From the NCBI GenBank assembly GCA_944376795.1, contig CALWDW010000001.1:126106-190105 (forward strand): a stretch of DNA of 64,000 nt. Reading direction: 5' to 3'. Position numbers and translations under genes: made by a program. Under the pieces are notes generated by a model, which saw nothing but the letters and a program-made list of their open reading frames with translations, was not told the origin of the DNA and searched no databases. This DNA is from an uncultured Christensenellaceae bacterium. GTDB taxonomy: Bacteria; Bacillota; Clostridia; Christensenellales; UMGS416. Positions 1 to 10,421 of this stretch are shown piece by piece; positions within the stretch are counted from its first letter, which is position 1, and each line of letters begins with the position of its first letter.

Positions 1-570
1 CCGGGTCAGCAGGTTCCCCTTCTCCTCCTCCGCGCCGATGTTCACCAGGGCCACCCGAGGATTCTCCAGTCCGCAGACCTCCTTCATGTAGGCCGAGCCC
101 ATCATAGCAAACTGGACAAGATAGGAGCTCTTGCAGTCGGCATTGGCCCCGCAGTCAATGAGGAGAGCCCGCCCCGTCTTGGTAGGCAGCATCGGAGCCA
201 GCGCCGGCCGGGCAATCCCCTTGATCCGGCCCAAATGGAAGAGCGCGCCCGACATCACGGCTCCCGTAGACCCCGCAGAGATGAAGGCGTCGGCAACTCC
301 CTGTTTTACAAGGTCCAGGCCCATAATCAGCGACGAATCCTTCTTCTTCCGAATCGCCTCCAGCGGCGGCTCCCCGGTGGCGATCACCGAAGGCGCGTGC
401 AGCAGGGTTAGCCGCTCTCTCGAGGCTCCCTCCAGCGCCTGCTCTATGGCGTCCTGCAGGCCCACCAATGTAATGGTAAGCTCCGGATAACGCTCCAGAG
501 CCAGCACGCTGCCCTGTACAATCTCTTTGGGAGCAAAGTCCCCGCCCATGGCGTCTACTGCAATACGCAA
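1..570 (-). CDS. plsX: Phosphate acyltransferase PlsX (5' part; runs off the left edge)
   Basis: Translated by hand from TTG at 570: MRIAVDAMGGDFAP...AFISAGSTGA...GIARPALAPMLP...LIDCGANAD...VALVNIGAEEEKGN. Purine-rich RBS upstream. Not in the ORF track because it is incomplete. Confidence 0.96.
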   Translation of the reverse strand, partial: MRIAVDAMGGDFAPKEIVQGSVLALERYPELTITLVGLQDAIEQALEGASRERLTLLHAPSVIATGEPPLEAIRKKKDSSLIMGLDLVKQGVADAFISAGSTGAVMSGALFHLGRIKGIARPALAPMLPTKTGRALLIDCGANADCKSSYLVQFAMMGSAYMKEVCGLENPRVALVNIGAEEEKGNLLTR

Positions 571-620
571 AATCTTCCATCCCCTTTGCCTTTGGCTGCG
601 TTTTATAGCAATCCCAGGGT

Positions 621-649
621 ATTATACCCAAAAAAACCTGGGTTGGCAA
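621..649 (-). promoter_or_regulatory. sigmaA-type promoter for plsX
   Basis: TTGCCA-N17-TATAAT on the minus strand. Confidence 0.7.
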
Positions 650-655
650 GAACCC

Positions 656-684
656 TTGACAACCGTCCACGCTGCGTGTACAAT
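656..684 (+). promoter_or_regulatory. sigmaA-type promoter for the T-box/glyQS transcript
   Basis: TTGACA-N17-TACAAT. Confidence 0.8.
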
Positions 685-690
685 GGCCTT

Positions 691-893
691 AACTGCATAG
701 CGCGTTGATCGGATCAAAGATTCGAGGGATCGCATTCCCCAGAGAGCCGGCGGGCGGTGTGAGTCGGCGAATGCCCTTCGAAGAAGGCGCCCGTGAGCGC
801 AGCCTGGAAAGCGGGCCGGCCATGCCGGTCAAAAAGGGTGGAACCGCGAAACGACCTTTCGTCCCTTTATGGACGGAGGGTTATTTTATTTTT
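691..893 (+). promoter_or_regulatory. Glycine T-box riboswitch (short form, apparently without stem II)
   Basis: AGAGA and GGTGTGA stem-I apical motifs, GAA-GGC specifier (GGC=Gly at 786-788), T-box AAGGGTGGAACCGCG (834-848), and a terminator hairpin with a T tract (853-893) just before GlyRS. Confidence 0.92.
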
Positions 894-906
894 GGAGGGT
901 ATCTGC

Positions 907-2295
907 ATGCCTAGTCAAGTCACGATGGAAAAAATTGTAGCCCTGTGCAAGAACCGCGGCTATGTATATCCCGGTTCGGAGATCTACGGCGGCCTGGCCA
1001 ATACCTGGGACTACGGTCCCCTGGGGGTGGAGTTCAAAAACAACGTCAAGCGCGCCTGGTGGCAGAAATTCATCCAGGAGCTCCCCTACAATGTTGGTTT
1101 GGACTGCGCCATCCTGATGAATCCCATGACCTGGGTAGCTTCCGGCCACGTGGGGAACTTTAACGATCCGCTGATGGACTGCCGCAAGTGCAAGGCCCGC
1201 TTCCGTGCCGACAAGCTCATCGAGGACTTCCTGCACGCCAAGGGGGAGGACGCCGTGGTGGACGGCTGGAGCAACGAAAAGATGGAGCAGTTCCTGAAAG
1301 ACAACGCCGTCCCCTGCCCCGAATGCGGCGCCCATGACTTTACCGGGATCCGCAAGTTTAACATGATGTTCAAGACCCACCAGGGCGTTACCGAGGACAG
1401 CCAGGCCGAGATCTACCTGCGCCCCGAAACGGCCCAGGGAATCTTTGTCAACTTTAACCATGTAGCCCGCACCAGCCGCAAGCGCATTCCCTTTGGCATC
1501 GGCCAAATCGGCAAGTCCTTCCGCAATGAAATTACGCCAGGGAACTTCACCTTCCGTACCCGGGAGTTTGAGCAGATGGAGCTGGAGTTCTTCTGCAAGC
1601 CCGGTACCGACCTGGAGTGGTTTGCCTATTGGAAGGAGTACTGCATGAACTTCCTTCTCAGCCTGGGCATGAGCCAGGAGCATGTCCGCATGCGTGACCA
1701 CAGTCCGGAGGAACTTTCCCACTATAGCCGGGGCACTTCGGACATTGAGTTCCTCTTCCCCTTTGGCTGGGGGGAGCTCTGGGGCATCGCTGACCGCACA
1801 GACTACGACCTGAAGGCGCACTCCACCACCAGCGGCGTCGCCATGGAGTATATGGATCCCGAGACCAACGAAAAATATATCCCCTACTGCGTAGAGCCCT
1901 CGGTGGGCGCCGACCGTATGGCGCTGGCGTTCCTCTGCGAGGCCTATGACGAGGAAGAGATTGCGGCCGGCGACACCCGCGTGGTACTCCACCTGCATCC
2001 GGCCCTTGCCCCGGTAAAGGCCGCTGTACTGCCCCTGCAGAAGAAGCTCGCTCCCCAGGCGCAGGAGGTCTACACAATGCTCAGCAAGCAGTTTGCCGTA
2101 GACTTCGATGTGACCGGCTCCATTGGAAAGCGCTACCGCCGTCAGGATGAAATCGGTACGCCCTTCTGCATCACCTATGACTTTGACTCTCTGGAGAATC
2201 AGACCGTTACCATCCGTTTCCGCGACAGCATGGAGCAGATCCGTCTGCCCATTGACGGGCTGGTGGAATTCCTCCGGGAAAAGGTGGCTTTCTAG
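907..2295 (+). CDS. glyQS: Glycine--tRNA ligase, homodimeric type
   Basis: SEIYGG...[50 protein letters not shown]. Start placed at ATG 907 after a GGAGG RBS. Confidence 0.97.
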   Translation: MPSQVTMEKIVALCKNRGYVYPGSEIYGGLANTWDYGPLGVEFKNNVKRAWWQKFIQELPYNVGLDCAILMNPMTWVASGHVGNFNDPLMDCRKCKARFRADKLIEDFLHAKGEDAVVDGWSNEKMEQFLKDNAVPCPECGAHDFTGIRKFNMMFKTHQGVTEDSQAEIYLRPETAQGIFVNFNHVARTSRKRIPFGIGQIGKSFRNEITPGNFTFRTREFEQMELEFFCKPGTDLEWFAYWKEYCMNFLLSLGMSQEHVRMRDHSPEELSHYSRGTSDIEFLFPFGWGELWGIADRTDYDLKAHSTTSGVAMEYMDPETNEKYIPYCVEPSVGADRMALAFLCEAYDEEEIAAGDTRVVLHLHPALAPVKAAVLPLQKKLAPQAQEVYTMLSKQFAVDFDVTGSIGKRYRRQDEIGTPFCITYDFDSLENQTVTIRFRDSMEQIRLPIDGLVEFLREKVAF

Positions 2296-2431
2296 CCGCC
2301 TCTCCCCTGCCAGGCTTATCGCAGGGCCCCGCTCTCCCCATGGGAAAGCGGGGCCTTGGTAGTGTATAAAAACTCCGGCCATACGGCGCCCGCGCCTTGC
2401 GCGCCGCAACAAACGGCGGCCGTCTTACCAA

Positions 2432-2470
2432 CAGAAACGCGCCCCGCGGATTCCTCCGCGGGGCGCGCCG
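2432..2470 (-). terminator. Intrinsic terminator of the FHA/PP2C/protease operon
   Basis: GCGCCCCGCGGA-loop-TCCGCGGGGCGC hairpin followed by TTTCTGTT on the minus strand. A second hairpin at about 2323-2358 lies after glyQS. Confidence 0.65.
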
Positions 2471-2511
2471 TTATCGATCTGATTCTGGTCCTTTACTTCA
2501 TATCCTGCCAA

Positions 2512-2862
2512 TCATTCCAAGGGATCTGGCACCCTGGGAGCCTCTTCCTCTATTGCGGCCCATACGAAGAGCGTCTCCGAAATGCCGCGCAGCCGCTCCA
2601 CATGGCGCAGCACCAATGCCTCCAGCCACGATCGCGCACTATCTGCCTTTATGAAATCGATTTGGACCTCCAAAGGCTCTATATAGAACTCTCCCGCATA
2701 CAGCAGCAGCCCCTCGCCCGGCTTCAAATCCGGTATCTGCTCAGCTTCCCGCAGCATTCCCTGGGCGTCCAGGTGATAAATGATCTCCGGCGTGTACTCG
2801 GTAAGCTCCTCATTTCCCGCCGGCTGCAGTCTTCCGTCCTTCAGGCAATACGCAGCCGCCAT
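2512..2862 (-). CDS. Hypothetical acidic protein, last gene of the FHA operon
   Basis: 116 aa. The AAGGAG RBS overlaps the end of the protease gene (4-nt gap), suggesting translational coupling. Confidence 0.75.
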   Translation of the reverse strand: MAAAYCLKDGRLQPAGNEELTEYTPEIIYHLDAQGMLREAEQIPDLKPGEGLLLYAGEFYIEPLEVQIDFIKADSARSWLEALVLRHVERLRGISETLFVWAAIEEEAPRVPDPLE

Positions 2863-2866
2863 AGCA

Positions 2867-4165
2867 CTACTCCTTGGTTACCACGAAGCGGTTGGCATTA
2901 TCGCAGAGATAGAAGGTATCTCCCACGGCCAATCTCTCCGCCACGTTAGCTGTTAGCTTTTTGCCATTGCCCAGGAATGTACCGTACGAAGAGCCCAAAT
3001 CGGTAAGCAGGAAGCAGTCCCCATTGGCGTCGTAAGCCACCTGGCAATGCCGTCCGCTGATTCCCGGCGTATTCCTGTCAAACACGACGTTGCAAACGGC
3101 GGGATCCCGTCCTATGACTACCTTGCCCCGGGTCAAATCAAAGCTCTGCCCCGCATACTTGCCCGTCACCCCGCGGAGTACGGCCTTACGGTTGCTAGGC
3201 CCGCGGCCGGCCGCCGCGCCTTGTCCCGCAGCTCCGCCAGCTGCAAAGATTCCCTCTCTCCGCTTCTGGGACATCACCAGGAGGAAGGCGCCGCCCGCCA
3301 TGGCCAAAATCCCAATGGGCAGGAACACATAGCCAAACCATTTCTGCGTCCATCCCAGGCCGCCGGTCATATTGTAGGCAATCCGCTCCCCGTCCAGGAT
3401 CTTGGTCAGTTCATCGATGATGATAGCATAATTCATACCCAGACTGGCTCCGGTCTCCGGATCTACGGCGCCTGAGGTGTTAATCCCGATAACATTTCCC
3501 TTCTCGTCCACCAAGGGACCGCCAGAGTTGCCGCCCGCAATGGACACATCCATTTGGAAAGCCTCATAGGTGGCCCAGGAAGGATTGACTCGATTGCTGA
3601 TGATCCCTCGGGTAATGGTTACATCGTCCAGCCCGAAGGTGGGGAACTGCTGCCTATCGGAGGAATTCCCCGGGAAACCCAAGGCATAAGCCGTCTCCCC
3701 CATTTTGACGGTATCCGATGCCCGCAGCATCAGCGGAACGCGTTTATCGGTAGGAGTGGGTAGCCTGAGGATCGCAATATCCTTCTCGGAACCGCCGGAA
3801 TAGTATACCACCTGTGCCTGAACAAAGTCGTTTTCCGCCGCGGAGTAGTATACCTGCACCATTCCGGTAATGCTGGCATCCATCTTGGGATAGGTATAGG
3901 CCTGCTCTACCACGTGGCCGTTGGTAACAATATATTCCACCGGCTGTCCCGGCTTTCCAATAGCCCAGCCGGTCCCCCATCCGCTTTGGGAATTCCCCTG
4001 GGTATCCGCCACCGTGGCATACACCATCACGATGCCGTTACGCGCCTCATACGGCTCCATGCCGCCGCCCGCCAGGCCCAGTATACCGAATACCAAGCCT
4101 ACAAGCCCCACTGCCAGCAGCAGAATCGCAACGATCTGCATGCTCGTCCATTTCTTTCCCCCCAT
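2867..4165 (-). CDS. Membrane trypsin-like (S1C/Trypsin_2) serine protease with a C-terminal FHA domain
   Basis: N-terminal hydrophobic helix; catalytic triad motifs TNGHVV, DIAILRL, GGNSGGP; a second TM helix (FGYVFLPIGILAMAGGAFLLVM); FHA motifs IGR, ISGRHC, DLGSSYGTFL. Confidence 0.9.
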   Translation of the reverse strand: MGGKKWTSMQIVAILLLAVGLVGLVFGILGLAGGGMEPYEARNGIVMVYATVADTQGNSQSGWGTGWAIGKPGQPVEYIVTNGHVVEQAYTYPKMDASITGMVQVYYSAAENDFVQAQVVYYSGGSEKDIAILRLPTPTDKRVPLMLRASDTVKMGETAYALGFPGNSSDRQQFPTFGLDDVTITRGIISNRVNPSWATYEAFQMDVSIAGGNSGGPLVDEKGNVIGINTSGAVDPETGASLGMNYAIIIDELTKILDGERIAYNMTGGLGWTQKWFGYVFLPIGILAMAGGAFLLVMSQKRREGIFAAGGAAGQGAAAGRGPSNRKAVLRGVTGKYAGQSFDLTRGKVVIGRDPAVCNVVFDRNTPGISGRHCQVAYDANGDCFLLTDLGSSYGTFLGNGKKLTANVAERLAVGDTFYLCDNANRFVVTKE

Positions 4166-5094
4166 TACTGTTCCTCCTTCTCTTCTCCATAATATCGCAA
4201 AACGATAGCTGTATAATTATCTTGGCCAGGCTTCCCAGCGGCCAAGATCTCCTCCTCCAGCTTCTCACAGCATGTCTGCGGCGGCAATGCCAGGCACTCC
4301 CGGAGCTGGCGCAAAGTCAGCGTATCGCTCACCCCGTCGGAGCAAAGCAGAATGGCATCCTCCGGCTGCAGCAGGAAAGGGATCCGCGTATGGTCACTGT
4401 GTGGGTCCTCTTTCCCGATATATTCCGAAAGTGCGCCTGCCTGGGGGTCGGTAAAGGCTTCCTCCAAGGGAAAAGCCCCCTCCAGCGCCCGCAGCGTCAG
4501 TTCATTCCGATATTCCTGCCGGAGATTCATTCCATACAGCTTCCCCTCCCGCAGCAGGAAGAGATCGCTGTCCCCTACACACCAAAAGGAGAGAGCGTTT
4601 CCCCGCAGAACGACAGCCACCAGCGTGGTGCCCCCACGCCCGCGAAACTGCTGGTACACCTGGCCGGAATGGCGCCGGATCCAGTCCGGCACGCCGTCAT
4701 CCTCTTCCCACGGAAATGCTTCCAGCAGAGAGGCAACCGTACCCGCCGCAATCCTGCCTCCCTCCGCCATGCCGCCCATACCGTCGCACAGCACGGCCAG
4801 CAGGCCCTGTTCCGCATACCGGTCAACCCGGGAGATTCCAAAGGCATCCTGCTGCTCCTCCCGGTTCCCGATCCCCTGGAGGTTGGCCACTTCCAACACA
4901 GGCCGTGCTTCCGGCTGCTGGGTCACAGGTTCCTCCGTGACCAGAATACGGCGTCTTTTTTTCCGCCGCCGGCATACCAGGAGCAGTACGAGGATGAGCA
5001 GCAGCACGACGGCCAATCCCGCCGCCGCCATCCATACCTGCAGCACGCTGTCCGGGAACAATGTCTGGCTCAGCCACGCGCGCACGCTCTCCAT
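4165..5094 (-). CDS. Membrane-anchored PP2C/PPM-family Ser/Thr protein phosphatase
   Basis: TM helix followed by RRRKKRRR; motifs GNREEQQD, LCDGMGG, GGTTL, VGDS, LLCSDGV, QDNYT. Confidence 0.9.
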   Translation of the reverse strand: MESVRAWLSQTLFPDSVLQVWMAAAGLAVVLLLILVLLLVCRRRKKRRRILVTEEPVTQQPEARPVLEVANLQGIGNREEQQDAFGISRVDRYAEQGLLAVLCDGMGGMAEGGRIAAGTVASLLEAFPWEEDDGVPDWIRRHSGQVYQQFRGRGGTTLVAVVLRGNALSFWCVGDSDLFLLREGKLYGMNLRQEYRNELTLRALEGAFPLEEAFTDPQAGALSEYIGKEDPHSDHTRIPFLLQPEDAILLCSDGVSDTLTLRQLRECLALPPQTCCEKLEEEILAAGKPGQDNYTAIVLRYYGEEKEEQ

Positions 5095-5097
5095 GCC

Positions 5098-5637
5098 CTA
5101 TTCCTCATTCCACCGGAACTGCTCGCCGCACAGCGGCAAAAAGATCAGCTGGCTTTTTCCAACCTCAATCACATCATACGCTTGGAGCGGACGCACCATC
5201 TCCACTTGCTCCCCGTTGCAATAGGTAATGCCGCGGCCCAGGCCCGGAGACACAGAGAATGTGTTGTGCTTAGCATCGTAGGACACCAAAGCATGGTTTT
5301 CTCTCGACACCATATCGTCGTCGGCCAGCGCCACATCCATGGATGCCGCCCGGCCAATAAAGTTCCGCCCGGCTACCAGACGGTAATCTGCGCCGCGATG
5401 CGGCCCCGCAATGCAGATCAGGAAGCCCACGGCCGGATCAATGCCAATCTCCTTCTTCAGGATGGCAACGGTTTTACCGGGATCCGTATCATACACCGCC
5501 ACATCCGGCATCACAGCCACCGTCTTTCCGATAGAACCTGCTGCCACGGTTTTCTCCACTCCCGTATTGTTCTGGCAATAGGGGCAATGATCGAACCGCG
5601 CGTCGTCATAGAAATGTCCATTGTCACACTGCTTCAT
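5098..5637 (-). CDS. FHA-domain protein with an N-terminal Cys/His (zinc-ribbon-like) segment
   Basis: CDNGH...CPYC at the N-terminus, three KTVA repeats, FHA motifs NFIGR and VSRENHA; AGGAGG RBS. Confidence 0.88.
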   Translation of the reverse strand: MKQCDNGHFYDDARFDHCPYCQNNTGVEKTVAAGSIGKTVAVMPDVAVYDTDPGKTVAILKKEIGIDPAVGFLICIAGPHRGADYRLVAGRNFIGRAASMDVALADDDMVSRENHALVSYDAKHNTFSVSPGLGRGITYCNGEQVEMVRPLQAYDVIEVGKSQLIFLPLCGEQFRWNEE

Positions 5638-5741
5638 CGTGACCCCTCCTTATAATACCTTTGCTACTTATCACGTATTATATCATATTTTCTCTTTTTG
5701 GCTATACCACTTTTGTATCAAAATCAAAAAAACTACAATTT

Positions 5742-5777
5742 CTGCCCTTGGAGGTTTTCTTATCCTCCAAGGCAGGC
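5742..5777 (-). terminator. Hairpin upstream of the FHA operon promoter region (terminator or insulator)
   Basis: CTGCCTTGGAGG-loop-CCTCCAAGGGCAG, followed at a short distance by a T run on the minus strand. Confidence 0.45.
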
Positions 5778-6187
5778 ATCCTTTCGCATCACAGAGCGGG
5801 CCAACGCTTTTATTAACCCAGAAAGCATAAGGACGTGCCATGGCCATAACGCTGGCTGCCGGCAAAGCAAAGCAGTCGGACGGCTGGCTTCCCCCTCCGG
5901 TTCTCAACCCCTGGCTCTATGCAGACAGACGTTGGGCGGTGTCTTGCATTGGCATGGAAGCCAAACCGCATTGGAGATTCTGCGCCGTGCCCATAGGGTA
6001 CGCCGCCCTGCCCTGTTTCCGGTCTTCTTCCGCGCGCTATATGATATAGGTCCGGTGTGCGTTTCATTCCAGTTCTTGGAATTTGGGACGCGCGTTGATC
6101 GGGTGCGCCCACGCTGCCTTGCCGCCGGATGCGGGACTTTTCGCAAAATTTCCAGAAAGTATTGCGCGTCCTCCCCCATACCGTCAG

Positions 6188-6230
6188 AAAAAGCCCCCAG
6201 GTGCATGCCCTGAGCATGCCGGGGGCTCTC
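6188..6230 (-). terminator. Intrinsic terminator of ruvCAB-queA
   Basis: AGCCCCCGGCATGC-loop-GCATGCACCTGGGGGCT followed by TTTT. Confidence 0.7.
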
Positions 6231-6326
6231 CATCGCTCCGTCTCCATCTTCTAAGGAGTAAAAGTCGGGACAGGCCTGCGGCCCATCCCGATATTTTCCT
6301 TCGCAGCCGTACGCCTGCGGTTTATC

Positions 6327-7361
6327 TTACAGGATCAGCATGGCATCGCCAAAGCTGAAGAACCGATACTTTTCCTTTACGGCAATCTCATACACGCGCA
6401 GTATCTCCTCCCGGCTGGCCAAAGCGGAGATCATCATCAGCAAAGTCGATTCCGGCAGATGGAAATTGGTAATCAGCGCATCCACGCCGTGGAATGTGTA
6501 GCCCGGATAGATAAAGATTTTCGTCTCTCCCGCCCCGGCATGGGCAACGCCCTGGTCATCGGTTACCGTCTCCAGGGTCCGCGCCGAGGTAGTGCCCACG
6601 CAAATCCACCGTCCTCCGCGGGCGCGGATGGCATTGAGGGTATCCGCCGCCTCCTGTGTTACCTCGTAGGCCTCGGAGTGCATTATGTGCTGGGTAACAT
6701 CCTCCACCTTGACCGGGCGGAAAGTCCCCAGGCCCACGTGCAGCAGCACCGGGACAATGGTAACCCCTTTGGCACGGATGGCCTCCAAAAGCTCCGGTGT
6801 AAAGTGCAGCCCCGCCGTTGGCGCCGCCGCCGATCCGGTCAGCCTCGCATACACCGTCTGGTATCTTTCCCGATCCTCCAGCGCTGCATGGATATACGGC
6901 GGCAGAGGCATGACGCCGCAGCGGTCCAGCACCTCTTCAAAAACGCCCTGGTATGTAAATACAGCCTCCCGCTTTCCGTCCTCCAAAATGGCGGTAATCC
7001 GTGCCGTCAGCAATCCGTCCCCGAAAACAAACGTTTGCCCAGGAACGGCCTTGCGACCCGGCTTGGCCAAAACCTCCCAAGTATCCGCCGCCCGGCGGTG
7101 CAGCAGCAGGAGTTCGATCTTGCCGCCGGTTTCCGGGCGCACGCCCAGCAGGCGGGCAGGCATCACACGGGTATCATTAATGATCAGCGCGTCTCCTGGC
7201 TGCAAGTAATCGATCACATGACGGAATACCGTATGCGTCACCGACCGGTCATCCCGGCGGTAGACGAGCAGCCGGCTGGAATCCCGGGGCTCCACCGGTT
7301 TTTGGGCAATTCTTTCCTCGGGAAGATCATAGTAAAAATCTGAGGTCTTCAATCTGCGCAT
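6327..7361 (-). CDS. queA: S-adenosylmethionine:tRNA ribosyltransferase-isomerase
   Basis: [55 protein letters not shown]. Confidence 0.97.
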   Translation of the reverse strand: MRRLKTSDFYYDLPEERIAQKPVEPRDSSRLLVYRRDDRSVTHTVFRHVIDYLQPGDALIINDTRVMPARLLGVRPETGGKIELLLLHRRAADTWEVLAKPGRKAVPGQTFVFGDGLLTARITAILEDGKREAVFTYQGVFEEVLDRCGVMPLPPYIHAALEDRERYQTVYARLTGSAAAPTAGLHFTPELLEAIRAKGVTIVPVLLHVGLGTFRPVKVEDVTQHIMHSEAYEVTQEAADTLNAIRARGGRWICVGTTSARTLETVTDDQGVAHAGAGETKIFIYPGYTFHGVDALITNFHLPESTLLMMISALASREEILRVYEIAVKEKYRFFSFGDAMLIL

Positions 7362-7364
7362 CTC

Positions 7365-8447
7365 CTATAGTAGCGATTGCTGCTGCACTTTGGGGGACTC
7401 TTCCTGGTCTGGCGGCGGATATCCCAGATGCGTATAGGCCAAAGGCATCACCACACGGCCCCGCGGTGTGCGATTAATAAAGCCCAGCTGCAGCAGGTAC
7501 GGCTCGCAGACATCCTCAATGGTAACAGCTTCCTCCCCGGTGGCCGCTGCCAGGGTGTCGATGCCCACCGGACCGCCGTGGTATTTCTCGATCATGGTGG
7601 TCAGGATTCTGCGATCTACATGATCCAGCCCTAGGGCGTCTACCTGCATCATATCCAAGCCGAACTTGGCCACCTCCTCGGTAATGACCCCCCCGGCCCG
7701 AATCTGCGCATAGTCCCGGACCCGCTTCAGCAGGCGATTGGCAATGCGGGGCGTCCCCCGGGAGCGCCTGGCGATTTCCACGGCCCCCTCCTGCTGGATG
7801 GGCGCCTGCAGGATACCCGCGGAGCGCAGCACAATCTGGGTCAGCTCCTCCACGGTATAGAGCTCCAGGCGGCAGATCACGCCAAAGCGGTCCAAGAGCG
7901 GCGAGGTCAGCATGCCTGCCCGCGTGGTCGCTCCGACCAAAGTAAAGTGAGGCAGATCCAGCCGGATGGACCGGGCGCTAGGCCCTTTGCCGATGATGAT
8001 ATCCAGCTTGAAATCCTCCATCGCCGGGTACAGCACCTCGGCCACCGCGCTGCTCAGCCGGTGGATTTCATCCACAAAGAGCACGTCGCCTTCCCGGAGG
8101 TTGGTGAGGATGGCCGCCAAATCTCCCGTTCTCTCAATGGCCGGGCCCGAAGTGATGCGAATCTGCACCCCCATGGCATTGGCAATGATCCCCGCCAGGG
8201 TTGTCTTTCCCAGGCCAGGCGGGCCATAGAGAAGAACATGATCCAGCGCATCCCCCCGCTGCTTGGCCGCTTCGATATAGATGGAGAGCTGCTCCTTGAT
8301 CTTCCCTTGGCCTATATAGTCCCGGTCATCCAGGGTCTGCGGGCGGAGGCTGACCTCCATCTCTCCGTCCTCCAGCAGCGCATCGGGGGTTATGGACCGC
8401 CGGTCCGCCCCTTGGCTTTCGGTCATTTTCTTCTCGATCATGCTCAC
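7365..8447 (-). CDS. ruvB: Holliday junction branch migration helicase RuvB
   Basis: [44 protein letters not shown]. Confidence 0.97.
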   Translation of the reverse strand: MSMIEKKMTESQGADRRSITPDALLEDGEMEVSLRPQTLDDRDYIGQGKIKEQLSIYIEAAKQRGDALDHVLLYGPPGLGKTTLAGIIANAMGVQIRITSGPAIERTGDLAAILTNLREGDVLFVDEIHRLSSAVAEVLYPAMEDFKLDIIIGKGPSARSIRLDLPHFTLVGATTRAGMLTSPLLDRFGVICRLELYTVEELTQIVLRSAGILQAPIQQEGAVEIARRSRGTPRIANRLLKRVRDYAQIRAGGVITEEVAKFGLDMMQVDALGLDHVDRRILTTMIEKYHGGPVGIDTLAAATGEEAVTIEDVCEPYLLQLGFINRTPRGRVVMPLAYTHLGYPPPDQEESPKVQQQSLL

Positions 8448-9046
8448 TTGCCCCTATCCAGCGCACCCAGCGCCGCCACAATGATTTCCTCCACAGTGGA
8501 AAGCCCGGCCGGCACGGCCGCTACGGCACGGCTGGCTTCCGTAGAGGAGTACCCCAAGGCCATCAGCGCATCGACAGCTTCCCGGGCCGGTGTTCCCCCA
8601 TCGGATGCCGGTGCGGCGGCATGCACGCCTGCCGTCAGGAGCTGGTCGTCCACCCGCTCCTTCAGCTCCAGGATCAACCGTTCCGCCGTCTTTTTCCCAA
8701 TACCCGGTACCCGGGCGATGGAACGGGCATCTCCGGTCACCAGTGCAACGGCGATTTCCTGGGGCGTCATGCTGGAAAGAATATTCATCCCCACCTTGGG
8801 CCCTACGCCGCTGACCGCAATGAGCTTGAGGAACATCTGCTTCTCTTCCACGGAACCGAATCCAAAAAGCACCATGGCGTCTTCCCGGATATGCAGGTAC
8901 GTGTAGAGCCGCGCTTCCTTTCCCACTTCGGGCAAAGAGGCCAGGGTCCTTGTCCCCACCTGCACCTCAAAGCCCACGCCCCCTGCCTCCAAGACGGCGG
9001 ACTCCATGGATTTATCCAATACAATTCCTCGGATACTGGCAAGCAT
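8444..9046 (-). CDS. ruvA: Holliday junction branch migration protein RuvA
   Basis: [43 protein letters not shown]. Confidence 0.97.
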   Translation of the reverse strand: MLASIRGIVLDKSMESAVLEAGGVGFEVQVGTRTLASLPEVGKEARLYTYLHIREDAMVLFGFGSVEEKQMFLKLIAVSGVGPKVGMNILSSMTPQEIAVALVTGDARSIARVPGIGKKTAERLILELKERVDDQLLTAGVHAAAPASDGGTPAREAVDALMALGYSSTEASRAVAAVPAGLSTVEEIIVAALGALDRGK

Positions 9047-9055
9047 GGCTATCTC

Positions 9056-9556
9056 CTATCGTATCGTATATTGTGCGCCGTTCATCCCGGTATTGGCATG
9101 GCAGATGGCAATGGCGCAGGCGTCGGCCGCATCGTCCGGCCGAATGATATCATCCAGGTGAAGGAGCGTCTTCACCATCTGCTGCACCTGGAGCTTGTCC
9201 GCGTGGCCGTAGCCGCAGACGGCCAGCTTGACCTGCATCGGCGTATACTCGAATAGCTGGCTGTCGGTCACCGCATTGGCTGCGGCGATCAGGGCTACGC
9301 CCCGCGCCTGCGCCACGTCAATGGCCGTGGTAACATTATGATAAAAGAAGAGCTCCTCCAGTGCGATGGCATCGGGACGGAAGGCTGCGATAACCTCCTG
9401 CACATCGTGATAAATCATAGAGAGCCGGCGCGGCAGCGGCGTGCCCGCCGGCGTGGTAATGACGCCATACTCCACAGGCCGGAGAGACCGCCCGTCGCTG
9501 GAGATTACGCCAAACCCCACTGTGGCCAGTCCCGGATCAATGCCCAGTATTGTCAC
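9056..9556 (-). CDS. ruvC: Crossover junction endodeoxyribonuclease RuvC
   Basis: ILGIDPG, VAQARGV, EYTPMQVK, PDDAADACAIA; GTG start at 9556 with a GGAGG RBS. Confidence 0.96.
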   Translation of the reverse strand: MTILGIDPGLATVGFGVISSDGRSLRPVEYGVITTPAGTPLPRRLSMIYHDVQEVIAAFRPDAIALEELFFYHNVTTAIDVAQARGVALIAAANAVTDSQLFEYTPMQVKLAVCGYGHADKLQVQQMVKTLLHLDDIIRPDDAADACAIAICHANTGMNGAQYTIR

Positions 9557-9641
9557 GTTTCTGTGCCTCCGTCCCTCCGATATGTTCACTCCCTATAATA
9601 AGCCCGCCGCCGAAAACTGTCAACCGCAGCCCCCTCGCCGG

Positions 9642-10421
9642 CTAAGGCTGGGCAAAGCAGCGCCGCATATCCGCCAGATAGTTTTGGGCGCCGCGCAGCA
9701 GATGATCGGTATCGGCCGCCAGGGAAATCATATTGACGCCCAGGCTTTTCCAGAATTCAATATCCTCATAGGCGCAAGCGCCATAGGATACGCCGACGGG
9801 AATCCCTTGGGCGTGCGACCGCGCAATCACGTATCGCATCGCCTCCAAAACCGCAGGATGGCGGATTTCTCCAAAGTGGTCCATGGAGGCCGCCAGGTCG
9901 CATGGACCCAAGATGAAGGCGCTGACCCCTTCCACCCTCACAATGGCCTCAAAGTCCTCAACCGCGCGGATGTTCTCCACCTGAAGAAGCCGCAGCGTTT
10001 CTTCCTCCGCTTCGCGCCGGTAGGCCTCCAAATCCGTCAGGCCGAAACGGATCGCACGCCGCGGACCAAAGCCGCGCCGTCCTCGGGGCGGATAGAGGCA
10101 GGAGGCAACGGCCTCCTCCGCCTCCCGCAGCGAATTTACCTGGGGAAACACCATGCCGTCCGGCCCCATCTCCAGGATCGGCTTTACCCGAATGGGGTCC
10201 ACACAGGGAACCCGCACAATGGCCGCCGTTCCTGACGCCCTGGCGGCAATGAGATGCATTTGCAGGCACTCCAGCCCGATGGCCGTATGTTCGGTATCGA
10301 TCCAAAGATAGTCAAACCCCACATTGCCGATCAACTCGGTGATCACCGGATCATTGAGCGAAATATGGGTCCCCAGCGCTGTTATACCCGCCAAAAGCTT
10401 TTGCCGCAGCGAATGATTCAC
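9642..10421 (-). CDS. HpcH/HpaI-family class II pyruvate aldolase
   Basis: GFDYLWIDTEH, IVRVP, YPPRGRRGFG, QVE, LGPCDLAAS; GTG start with an AGGAGG RBS. Confidence 0.88.
   Translation of the reverse strand: MNHSLRQKLLAGITALGTHISLNDPVITELIGNVGFDYLWIDTEHTAIGLECLQMHLIAARASGTAAIVRVPCVDPIRVKPILEMGPDGMVFPQVNSLREAEEAVASCLYPPRGRRGFGPRRAIRFGLTDLEAYRREAEEETLRLLQVENIRAVEDFEAIVRVEGVSAFILGPCDLAASMDHFGEIRHPAVLEAMRYVIARSHAQGIPVGVSYGACAYEDIEFWKSLGVNMISLAADTDHLLRGAQNYLADMRRCFAQP

Noticed and set aside
886-2412. Long antisense ORFs (508 aa here; also 4222-5655, 10784-12055, 15051-16463, 20906-22456, 50689-52314, 56750-58231)
   Set aside because: These are shadow frames of well-supported genes in GC-rich DNA, with no motifs or RBS.
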